A stretch of 64,000 nt of DNA, taken from NCBI RefSeq assembly GCF_001194135.2, contig NC_068992.1, forward strand, positions 6,309,308 through 6,373,307. The letters run 5' to 3'. Made by a program: the position numbers and the translations under genes. The notes beneath the pieces are model-generated. The model saw only the letters and a program-made list of their open reading frames with translations, made no database searches and was not told the DNA's origin. Below are positions 52,276 to 64,000 of the stretch, piece by piece. Within the stretch, counting starts at the first letter, position 1. Every line of letters begins with the position of its first letter. Source of the DNA: Octopus bimaculoides. Lineage: Eukaryota.

Positions 52276-54599
52276 GACTTTTACGAGGAAATGTTTGAAA
52301 ATGACTTCGTAATTTCAATTTGCATGACTGCATCAGACTGTAATAAATATATACTTGATCAATAGATATACTTTAGCATTTGATGGTGGTCAGATATCGT
52401 ATGCATATTGCAATATTTTTAGGACCTTGTAAGTGATATTACACCGTTGAAGACTTCCTGTAGTTTGAAGCAAAAACATCCAGTATCATATGTGTGGCAG
52501 AAATTTCTCGCATAAGTCAATATTTCTGTGATCCAGATCTCATCGACCATCTAATAAATTATCCTAAATGCTGATATAAGCACTGCTATGCAGCAAACAT
52601 ATTCGGGGTTTTAATCCAATGTATGCCGTATGGATTAAGGAGCGTAACATTTTAACCTCAAGTTTTAATCTCGTTACGCTTGTATTGTTTAAGTTTCTAC
52701 CCTAAGATGCTGGTACGGATTTGAATAGCAACGAGTAATTTTTGCCAAGTGATGGATTTAGGCTTCAATTTTCTTTCAGCCGCTGCCATTCAGTTTTGTG
52801 CATTTACATCTCCATTGAGAACTGCCTTGTAAATCTTCACAGAGTACTCACAGTAGTATGCGATAATCAAGTTATTTCCTTGTGACTTCTAATCCTGAAT
52901 TTTTTTTTAATCGTTGTCTCATAATTCTCATTATAGGTGTATATTTTTTTTATGTAATATTAGGTAATACTTCTTCAGAAATCCTTCTGGTCATTCTACA
53001 TCTAGATTGGAATTATGTTCTCACTCCAAATGGGAAGCAAACACCAAAAATGTTGCTAATGTTAAAATGTAATGTGGAGAAACTTTTAAATCAAGCGAAA
53101 AATACGTAATAACCGAGTAATCATGTTGTTTGCCGGGCTGCAAGAAATTTCAACCAAAACTCCCTTACTTCATAGTAGTGCGTCAAAAAAAAACATTGAA
53201 TACGACAATCGAAGGTTTCTTTGAAAAAGGACGAGATGATCATTGCAGGAACACTACAATCAATCTGCATCTTACTGCGAAGATAGAGAGTTGTTCTGTA
53301 ACTTTTATCGATTACCCCCCCCCCTTAATTTGAATAATATATCTTCATTATTTCGTACAACTCACTTTGAATTCCGGAGAGTTTATTCACAGCTATTAAC
53401 TCTTGTTTCAGGATTGTTATTTTGCACTAATTTTCCTCCTTTTATTAACTCTGCCGTATACTAGCGAAGAAGTATGGCATTTTACAAGAAACACACATAA
53501 CTGATAATTCTCTGGAGACCAACGATTTTATTTTACGTTCTCTAATCTGCAAATATACATTTTCTTACTGTTTTGTCTTTTAAAATTCTCACTGTGAAGC
53601 AGCACTAATTTGCCAAAATGGAGACACATACAGTGTTGTAAATATTTACTTCCGACTTTGTAATCGCCATTAGAATCAATTCATTTGGTCTCTTATTTGA
53701 ATTAATCACGGGTGGTTTTTTCCTGCAAAGTTTTAAAATAAATTATCTTCTCTAGACACATTTCTCTAAGAATACGTTGTAATACTATTTTTTTCGCTTT
53801 TCCAGTTCGTAAAATGTTTTTCTCGCCATTCCAGCTGTTACAGTCGTTTCAATGTATCATGAGAGCAATTCAGTGAACAGACTACCTGCGAAATAATGTG
53901 GTAGATATTTGGTTTGTTGTCAAGCATCGTGTAACCGCTGATGAAGCAGGAGTATATCCACGCCGTGTTCTCTGGGTAACGTTTAGTTTCGGGAATAAAA
54001 TTATATTGACCGATTTTCAAAATAAAAATACAATTGGCTCTGATCTTACGTTCCACAGATATCATTTGGTGTCTTAATTGTTTGTCCTGAAAATAATTTT
54101 GATGTGAGCGTAGTCCTCGTGTGTATACATGTATGTATAAACATATATAAGAAACAGCCTTTAGTGAAGAATTGACAAGTTTAAGTCTGCTTGTGAAACA
54201 CATAAGGGTCTTTTTGAATCCTGCAGCATTAGTGCGGAACTAAGGAACTAATTGCATATATTTTACATAGATAGATGGCCGGCTGGATGGCTGGCTGGAT
54301 GGCTGGCTGGCTGGCTGGATGGATGGCTGGCTGGATGAATGGATGGATGGATGGATGGATGGATGGATGGATGGATGGAGAGAGAGTGTATGCATCTATA
54401 TAAGTGTAGATGTATAATGATATACACATATACATAAATTTACGTATGTGTGTGTTGATATATGGCAGTTTTGAAATAGTAAATAGCTTCTTTTTGATGG
54501 CTCGATCTGCTACAAATAATAACATTTATCATCCTTGAACCATACTGTACCGCTTCAATATAAAGGAGACAAGAAAATATTCTCTTGTGTACACTGATT

Positions 54600-54985
54600 T
54601 TGGAAAAAGAATTAGGAATGATGGTCATTGTTTGATATCTTTTGATTGCAAAGCCGGTAAATTAAAGCAGAATTAATGCTGAATTGAAAACCAGCAAAAG
54701 CAAAAATTTAACAAGATGTTGTCGCCAAAATATATTAGAAAGCAAAACTATATTATGAAAAGACCAATTTTAAATTATAATTTCCTATCAACATTTTATT
54801 TTACGGTGGATTCTCCGCTAGTTTTGAAGTTGCGCATGAAGTAGTTCGATAAGCTGAATCCACTCGTGAAATTAAACATTATTCCACAGACATATTACAA
54901 CATTAACGTTATTCTCAGTCTGAAATGGTGTGTAGTGTTGGGACCTTTGGATAACTGGTACACGCTGAAAGAAGTGTTTCACCCT
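54600..54985 (+). mobile_element. Degenerate hAT (Buster/SPIN-like) transposase fragment (tentative)
   Basis: SASFEVAHEVVR followed (frameshifted) by KLNP...IIP...VVLGP...LKEV resembles the ASYxVAxxIAKxxKPHTIGExLIxP...MLG..LK layout. KAGKLKQ upstream resembles the KPxKLxRH motif. Interrupted by stops. Confidence 0.4.
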
Positions 54986-57900
54986 CAGTACTTGATTTGT
55001 ACTTTAATTATTGACCCCAAAATACTGAAGATATATATATATATATANNNNNNNNNNNNNNNNNNNNNNNNNNNNNNNNNNNNNNNNNNNNNNNNNNNNN
55101 NNNNNNNNNNNNNNNNNNNNNNNNNNNNNNNNNNNNNNNNNNNNNNNNNNNNNNNNNNNNNNNNNNNNNNNNNNNNNNNNNNNNNNNNNNNNNNNNNNNN
55201 NNNNNNNNNNNNNNNNNNNNNNNNNNNNNNNNNNNNNNNNNNNNNNNNNNNNNNNNNNNNNNNNNNNNNNNNNNNNNNNNNNNNNNNNNNNNNNNNNNNN
55301 NNNNNNNNNNNNNNNNNNNNNNNNNNNNNNNNNNNNNNNNNNNNNNNNNNNNNNNNNNNNNNNNNNNNNNNNNNNNNNNNNNNNNNNNNNNNNNNNNNNN
55401 NNNNNNNNNNNNNNNNNNNNNNNNNNNNNNNNNNNNNNNNNNNNNNNNNNNNNNNNNNNNNNNNNNNNNNNNNNNNNNNNNNNNNNNNNNNNNNNNNNNN
55501 NNNNNNNNNNNNNNNNNNNNNNNNNNNNNNNNNNNNNNNNNNNNNNNNNNNNNNNNNNNNNNNNNNNNNNNNNNNNNNNNNNNNNNNNNNNNNNNNNNNN
55601 NNNNNNNNNNNNNNNNNNNNNNNNNNNNNNNNNNNNNNNNNNNNNNNNNNNNNNNNNNNNNNNNNNNNNNNNNNNNNNNNNNNNNNNNNNNNNNNNNNNN
55701 NNTAAAATGAATATGAGTGTATAGTTGCTCTGTCTTCTAGAAATAGTAACCCACACTATCTTGTAGGATATGACACAAGTCTGTATATAAAGTAGCTCTG
55801 TGTAGCCATAGGTCTACAAGATGCTGATGGCTAAAACGTCAAGTAAGTTCGCATCATCACAATTAACCTAGGGCTCAGCAACAGTTCGAGACTTGTAAGA
55901 ATCGTTTAAATGTCTATAATATTATATTTAAAGATATATGTATAAATATACTCAAAATAAATAAAATTTGAAATCTAAATTTGTGCTTTGTAATAACATA
56001 GAAGTTCGAAGTGAATTATTCTTTGTAGCCATCCCTCTGAAATTGCAAGTTTCGTATTTCGACAGATAATTTTTATAGAAAAATTGCTATTACGCAACGA
56101 TTACGCAGAAACACATAATAGTCCGGAGTTCTTTCTTGCAAACATTGTATTCGTACGATTTCAAAAGAAATATGTATATGAATTGTTTTGCTTATAGGCG
56201 AAAGAATCTATAAACTACATAACAAAAGCTGAGCTGGCTGACTGTTTGGATTTTTTTTTTCACTATTTTCTAAAAGAATACAAAGCTTGCTTTCATGAAA
56301 AAAAAAATAATGTTTCACTCTGTCTGTCTCTTCACTGCAAATACCAAAGCTATCGATCATACATGAATAGATTGGACAACACGCATATATATGTGTGTGT
56401 ATATATATNNNNNNNNNNNNNNNNNNNNNNNNNNNNNNNNNNNNNNNNNNNNNNNNNNNNNNNNNNNNNNNNNNNNNNNNNNNNNNNNNNNNNNNNNNNN
56501 NNNNNNNNNNNNNNNNNNNNNNNNNNNNNNNNNNNNNNNNNNNNNNNNNNNNNNNNNNNNNNNNNNNTATATATATATATATATATATATATGAGTTGTG
56601 TGTACGTGTGTGTACACACACACACATATATACATTGCATTCTTGATCTGAACAATACATTGCTAGACACGCGACAAACCCCGGGTGGATGATGTTTAGT
56701 AAAATATGATCGCTCACATCACTAAAGTATAATACATCTGGTAAGATGTGAATCTATTGCTTGTTTCCAAGCTTCCCATGTTGTCTACTTCCATAACATG
56801 GATGTGATGTGCAAGTGCTGAAGGAGTTGGATTATAACAACACAAACAAGAAACCTCATATATCGCCATAAATGACTACCATAATATTCTCTGCAGCGCT
56901 CAAACACACGAAATATTTGTGCGTGCTTTATTTTCTGATAGCCTGTAAAATGTGTCATTAACTTTCCATGTGAGTACTGCAATCGTTGTTGCTCATTTTT
57001 ACACAGAACTTTTATCAAGATATTACACAAAACCTTTGTTAGGATCCAGAACATTGGTTAGCACAAAAAGTGTAAGAAGATATCGCTAATATGCTGTATT
57101 GAAAACCTATGACGCATCTATGTAAATTAAAATCTCACACACAGTGTATCATTATTTCTGTCTACTTAATTCGATGATCTTTCTCTAAAAGGGAACATAA
57201 ACTGTTCTTTGCTTCAAGAAATAGCAATCCATTTTTCTTTGGTCTATTTATTGTGACTTGGAGTTAAACTTAGACCGGCGCTTGTTATAGAGATTGCAGG
57301 AAAATGAATTCGTCTAAAGACATCCAAATACCAAAGATGGCACGTGTCTATTACTCATTTGGTTGATATTACAGTCTCCAATACGTAAATTCACTGACAA
57401 GTTTGAATCGTCTCAAAGCAATAGCAGAAAAAAAGAAGACTTTCGCGATTGGGATTGAACTCAATAACATACGAATGCAAAGTGAATTTCTGAAGGACAT
57501 AATTATATCTGGGCCTACAGTTTAAGTTTAACATTCGTCAATAATTTCTGGAATACATTTGTTAAAATAATCCAATCAATGTTACCTCGCTTTATTGACT
57601 CAAATATGTCACCTCCACTCTCTACATCTATTATCAACAATGTCATACGTCTTGACACAAATAAAACAAATATGACGCAAAAATCCTCATTATTTTTCTT
57701 GGCAATTTACTTATCTTTATGACATATTATTGCTATTGTTATGTTTAAAAGCCAGTTGCATTTCCGAACATTCCTGGATATGTAGACATCTTAGAAATCC
57801 AAACTTAATATCTTCATTTCTAAACATCCAGTGACAACGTTCTTAGGCACGAGACCGTATGGATGCACGGGTAATATTTTTATTAAAATATTTATAGTAT

Positions 57901-58234
57901 CCGATAAGCAATAAACGTTCCTAGTTCGAATCCAATTTATTAGTGTAAGTATCCAAGATTAAGATGATTGTTGATAGTTTAAAACAATTTTAATTTTATT
58001 TACGATAAGTCTCCTCTTTCGTTTTGGACTTAAACACTTTTCTAGTTAACATTTCGACTCTAAGCCAAACAATAGCAACTTCATGATTGTGTTAAATCTG
58101 TCTGGAAGAAGGTACCGTGTCTTCTAATGGGGTACAGTCTAAAAATCCAAGTTTGGAGAAATGATTGTGTGTGGTTGATGAGGAAATGATTGTGTGTGTG
58201 TGTTTCTTTTTCAGAAAACCAAATAATAATGGTT

Positions 58235-58380
58235 TAAAATTTTAGCACAAGACCAGCAGGTGATTACATCAAGCGGTACTTATTTGTGCCCAAGCGGTAC
58301 TTATTTGATCGACCCCCCGGAATGATGAAAGGTAAAGTAAACCGCAGCGGAATTAGGGCTCAGAACATAAAAACGGACCT
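58235..58380 (-). mobile_element. SINE family A, partial copy
   Basis: Plus strand GTACTTATTTGATCGACCCCCCGGAATGATGAAAGGTAAAGTAAACCGCAGCGGAATTAGGGCTCAGAACATAAAAACGGAC is the reverse complement of the family A body. Contains a 21-bp tandem duplication (CAAGCGGTACTTATTTG). Confidence 0.75.
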
Positions 58381-58414
58381 TCAAAACTCCTTTAACATGA
58401 AAAGGGTAGCGAAC

Positions 58415-58600
58415 TGACAGAATCCTTAGCTCACGGTCAATATGCTTAGCAGCATTTCGTCCGTCTTTATGTTTCGAGTTCAAACTCCACCGAGGTTGAC
58501 CTTTCTTTTAATCTCTTTCGAGACGAAAAGAACCCTGGGGCCTATATACTCGAATTACCATCTCTCCCAAAATGTCTGGCCTTGTACCAAAATCTGAAAG
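58415..58600 (+). mobile_element. SINE family A copy, head-to-head with the previous one
   Basis: GAATCCTTAGC...ATGCTTAGCAGCATTTCGTCCGTCTTTATGTTTCGAGTTCAAACTCCACCGAGGTTGACC...CTCCCAAAATGTCTGGCCTTGTACC; B-box GAGTTCAAACTCC. Confidence 0.8.
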
Positions 58601-60344
58601 CAATGATAGCAATACAAAACTAGAAGTCTGTAGGTTGATTATTCTGCTTCCTCCCAATGATTGGCAGAGCAAAAGGCATTTATGGGGGTGTCTTTTGTCT
58701 CTTCATCCACTAACGCAAACTACCTGACAAGCTGTCTAAATTTCATGAGACGTCTATGCCTTGACTTAGTATCCCAACAGAAAATGAAAAGATAGTTTAT
58801 ATACAGTTTTAAGGTATGTTGTAGTATGTCATATATGTGATATGGTTGTTATGATACCAGAAATACAGCAAAAATAGTGTCAGTTATTTTTACATTTAAT
58901 AGGCATGTTGATAATTTGTTTAAAATATCTTAAAAGCTTAAATGAAAAGAAAACGTGCGTAAGAACGTATTGGTTGCAACAACAGATTTATGCGTTTATC
59001 AGTAAGTTAAAACATAAATATATGATAAACCTAAGTAATATCTTAAATTATAAACTGGAAATAAATCAAAAGAAAATGGAATTTATTAAATATTAGAGAT
59101 GCTTATAAGAAAAGCATCGTTTCAAAATAGGTGCAACAAAAACCAAAATGCAAGTTTACCTCAACTGATGCCTTTTGGAACTTGAAGTAGCTTTTATTTT
59201 TTTAAGAAATTACTGGTAAAAATAAACCTCAACTTCAATCGATTCATCCAACTGTGCATTGGTCTCTGCGAAAATATTTAAGTGTTTATAGTTTTTTTTA
59301 AGAGGAAAATCAAATAAAATAAATGTGATATGTACAAAATATTTTATTAAAATAGATATGAAGTAATGACTTTTGAAGAAATTTTTCGTGCTACATCTTT
59401 CGTGTAATTTTCGAAACCATTTACCGATGCAAGTTGAGGTATACGTGTGCAGCAAATACACCTAAAATTATATCAGATGAAAATCAAGATGTAATTTTTA
59501 TCTATCTGTGACATCTGCTAATATTTTGAGATTGGCGGCCAAGCTTCCTGATTGTGCGTTATTGGTTTGTGTTTGAACTGGAAACAACTGTTAAGGGTGC
59601 TCAACTACACAAGAACATCTGCAACTTATTCTAGTGGCATTGGAAAACCTAATTTATAATTATGCTATTTATTGACTTAGACAATAGGGAAAGAAACACA
59701 TTTAGCTTACTATGTTACGTTTACTAATTTCAGTATAGGAAAACATTGCAACAATTAATATACTTAAGAAAAGAAAATCTAAATACTTTACAAAGAAGAT
59801 TGTACGATTTGAGGCTAACTTCGATAATCAGGAATTGAATGGCTGTTCTTTGTTGCTGATTCCCACAGTCGGTAGATCAGGGTAAAAATATTCTTATAAT
59901 AGAATTTAGTTACGTCCTTTAACATTCTGAATACAAATTGCACAAACGCCAAGTTGAACTCTCTTATTACAATTGAATGTACTCCACAGATAATGATTAG
60001 GGTTTGAGTTTATTTTCGCAGCGGCTTAAAAGGTGGGAAAGAGATTGTCGAATATTGTAAGATGACGCCATTAATATTTGAAGCGTTTCCACTGTATCAG
60101 CTACAGAGAAAATTTGATGAAGGCAGCACTGTATCAGTTGCGGAAGAGTGAATAAATTAAATGACATTTGGACATATCGTAAGTTATTAGATCCTGACAA
60201 AGGGTTTCATCGTTTAAATGGTCTCATCTTATTTTACACTAATATAACCATTTCACTTACTCCTCTGCAATGAATTTAAATTCATCGATGTTTCAAAAGG
60301 AAAAATAAACAACAAATATTGACGTCATATTAGAGACTGGTGCG

Positions 60345-60541
60345 GAGATGCTGCTGCAGTTGCTGTTGCTACTGCTGCTGCTACTGCTGCAGCTGCTGTA
60401 GTTGCTGTTACTGCTGTTGCTGTCGCTGCTGCTGTTGCTGCTGTTGTTGCTGCTTCTGCTGCAGTTGATGATGATGATGATGATGATGATGATGACGACG
60501 ATGGTGGCGGCGAGGTCCGTGGCGATGGTGATGGTAGTTAG

Positions 60542-60584
<43 letters not shown>

Positions 60585-60588
60585 CAGC

Positions 60589-60634
<46 letters not shown>

Positions 60635-60635
60635 A
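60345..60635. repeat. Compound (GCT/GTT)-(GAT)-(GTA) trinucleotide repeat block
   Basis: Direct reading; the source of the poly-Q/H/L ORF at 60408-60647. Confidence 0.9.
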
Positions 60636-61510
60636 TAGTGACATCAAATATTTTACTCCACATGTTACTTTTCCGAATCATTTAGGGTTTTTGATTCCTT
60701 CTGTTGCTTATCGTATTGAGGAGCTTTCTCTGTCACTAGATTTAACCATAACAAAAACCAAAATTAATCTACAAAATCTGGAAAAATCATGAGTTCACTC
60801 GATCCCTTTACTCTCGAAACGCTTCCTCTGTGTTTTTTTCATCCGATAACCCGATGTTGCTGAGAGTATGGCTGCAAGTGTAAGTGTGAAATTAATATCT
60901 ATTATCCACCATCCCCAGAACAAAATGCATCAATCAAAACACCACTTCTTGTAAATATTTCATCAAATCCGACAGTATATATTTCATCAAATCCGACCAT
61001 TTCCTTTTTATCGTTATCTTTTTTTTCTTTTTTGCCTCTTTCACAAAGTCTATCGCTCCTGTTTCCCAACATATCCTCAGTTATTAATATTTCTTGGCTA
61101 TCGGTAGTCGTCACTTATTCAAAGGCGACTAGCGTTGACATTTGTTGGCCTTGGGTGACCGCCATCTTGTCAGAAGCACGTCCATCTCATGCGGCCAGCA
61201 ACGAATACGTCTCTTATGATTTACGTTCTAAAATAAATGTTAGTGCTATCTTAATAAGCATTCTTTCTGTTCTCTTTTGTGGTATGTTTTAAACTCTACA
61301 TTCCCTTCACCATCTTCTTTCGGATTACGTGGAAGTCAATAATTTTCAATACAATACACGGTGTCCGTTGTCTTAACAATAAAACTGCGCCTATGGGGTT
61401 TTTAGAGCCCAGTCTCACTGTGAATTTGATGAATTTGTATGTTGCAGTAGGATGAACTTCGACTGTTGTTTCGTGTCTAAACCTCTGTTCTGAATTATCA
61501 CAATACAGTC

Positions 61511-61823
<313 letters not shown>

Positions 61824-62210
61824 TCATTTGATTAGACACAGGGGCATACAAGAGGGATGCATCACAAGGACGGACGACAATTTGTGCTGTGCTTTACATA
61901 AATGAACGGAAGAAAGTGAAATGCGATAAGGAAATCCAGAAGAGAAAGCTCCGAGAGCCAGAAACGCTGCGTTTGGGAATCCAACAGGGAAACTCTAGGC
62001 CAACAGGATGTTTTTACACCTTTTCCATAAGACAGCATTTTTTTATCCAAGGTCATTGCATTGAATTCGTCTTTAAAAGTTGAAATGTGTCGCCAGCATG
62101 CTTTTAACTAACGTAATGTTCGCCTATGCGGAAAACGTGATCAGCGCTGATATTGGTGAATATCTTCCGACTGGGCGGTCCAGTAGCGCAACTCAGTCAA
62201 TGCGCTTGAC

Positions 62211-62271
<61 letters not shown>

Positions 62272-62335
62272 GTGTGTGTGTGTGTGCGTGTGTGTGTGTG
62301 TGCGTGCGTGTGCAGACATACATATAAGTATATAT

Positions 62336-62382
<47 letters not shown>

Positions 62383-63045
62383 TATACGTACATACATAAC
62401 GAGCTCACATACACGGACACATAAACACACACACACGCACGCACGCACACACACACACACACTGACATATACACATATACACTGACATAATCGTATTCCC
62501 ATATTTACGTGTCAACCTAAATATTGAAAGTACATTATTAACGCAATCGAAGAACGTAACATCTATTTCTCTGGTTATTTTCTACTTCTTTCTGTATTTA
62601 ATTATTATAATAGTGTGTGTTAGCGTATATCTGTGTATTAGGATGTTATTGTGACGGTTAGACATAAGTGTGACATACGTATATTTGCATTCAACGTTAA
62701 TCAGTTTTACTGTCTTTTCATTCTACGTACATACTCACATAGATTCTTTTACGTCATTTTCCTGGGAGAACACGTTTCTTTGTTCTATCGTTCTTAATTC
62801 CAACTGTGATATATTCGAATTTGTTTTAGGAGTTGCACAGGAGATTTCTGTACTATTTTTCCTCCGTCTGCAGATTTAAAATATTATCCGTTTCTTGTGT
62901 GAGACATTGAAATTACTAAAAGCACGGTGTTTTGCTGAAACAAATAAGGTATTCAATAAATATATATTCTATAGTTTTCTACAGAAATTGTATTGAGTTT
63001 TCTTTGAATTTTAGTCTGCCCGTTCATTGAAACAGAACATTTGTA

Positions 63046-63122
<77 letters not shown>

Positions 63123-63957
63123 CGTGTGTGCGTGTGTGTGTGCTCACAGTTTCGCGTAAGGTTTACGCTCGGCTGATGTTCAGATTTAATATCTCTAGAT
63201 GAACACTGCAAACATTGTAAAAGTAATAATGGTTGTGTTGGAAGACGTTAGTGAAGGTGGACGGCCGACTGCGTGAAATGAGGACAGAAGAAACAATAGA
63301 GTCGACGTTCTTGTGACGACCACTGTCAGTACGTGAAGGAAAAGAGTACCAATTACATTAGATGTTGGCCATTGGAGACTATGAGAGATTATTTCAATGG
63401 TGGTAGATGTGAACCTCGTTTAGCGAAGAAGTCCAGACAATAGTTCAAGCCACCAGGTGGAACTGACATTACTACCTTTTCTTTCAGCGTCGTAATTGTT
63501 TTCTCCATTTTCATTCCATATTCCCATCATCCCTTAAACATTTATTCACACTATTATCGCTCTCACAGTCCTTCATGATTCGCACAGCCATGCTTAACTT
63601 TTCCCACACTTCCATTCTTTACTTTTTGCACACTCTTACTTCCTCCGTTTATCTATGTGGTGTCACTTTCACTTCCGTCTATCGAACTTTAGTTGTCCCT
63701 TTTTCACTAATTTTGTAAGGGATTTACTGATCGGATTTCTGAATAACCGTAATTAAGTTTTAAAGAATTAACGTGTTCGTTACTTCTAGAAAAATGGTAA
63801 TTAATTTTATACACAAATTTCCATAGCCTTAGAAGAACTCACTTCCACTGTAATCTAAATTTGCTGCGTTCAATGATACGTTCAAAATATGTACATTTGC
63901 GTGTTCGAGCCTACTATACATGTGCGGCGGAACTAGGTATGTGAAATACACTGTGTG

Positions 63958-64000
<43 letters not shown>

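Noticed and set aside
53935-53975. CTGATGAAGCAGGAGTATATCC resembling the 37256 ribozyme tail
   Set aside because: There is no GAAA and the flanks do not resemble the SINE.
59157-59441. Possible TA-flanked MITE (TACCTCAACT/AGTTGAGGTA)
   Set aside because: The inverted match is only 10 bp and a third internal copy blurs the ends; insufficient support.

Overview
AT-rich, microsatellite-dense animal genomic DNA from a gapped short-read assembly, with 15 N-gaps, nearly all flanked by simple repeats. The SINE families and repeat density look like octopus (coleoid cephalopod); this is my inference from pattern recognition, not a search result. I cannot support any intact protein-coding gene, tRNA/rRNA gene or CRISPR array. 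Essentially all supplied ORFs are translations of simple repeats, N-runs or random AT-rich DNA. The window reads as intergenic or deep-intronic sequence. It contains at least four tRNA-derived SINE families, two fragments of an R4/Dong-type RLE LINE tied to (AAT)n tracts, and a non-autonomous Helitron-like element. There is also a recognisable DNA-transposase fossil (Chapaev3-like), weaker hAT and CR1-like fossils, and a 28-bp minisatellite. The most interesting signal is a set of minimal, Penelope-type hammerhead ribozyme motifs carried by short repeats. One has all helices intact but a variant core (38740-38776), one sits in the tail of a tRNA-headed SINE (37251-37293), and four more sites are decayed. 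Other notable items are a 65-nt pre-miRNA-sized hairpin (49753-49817), inverted-repeat pairs that could form dsRNA, and a few low-confidence orphan exon candidates.
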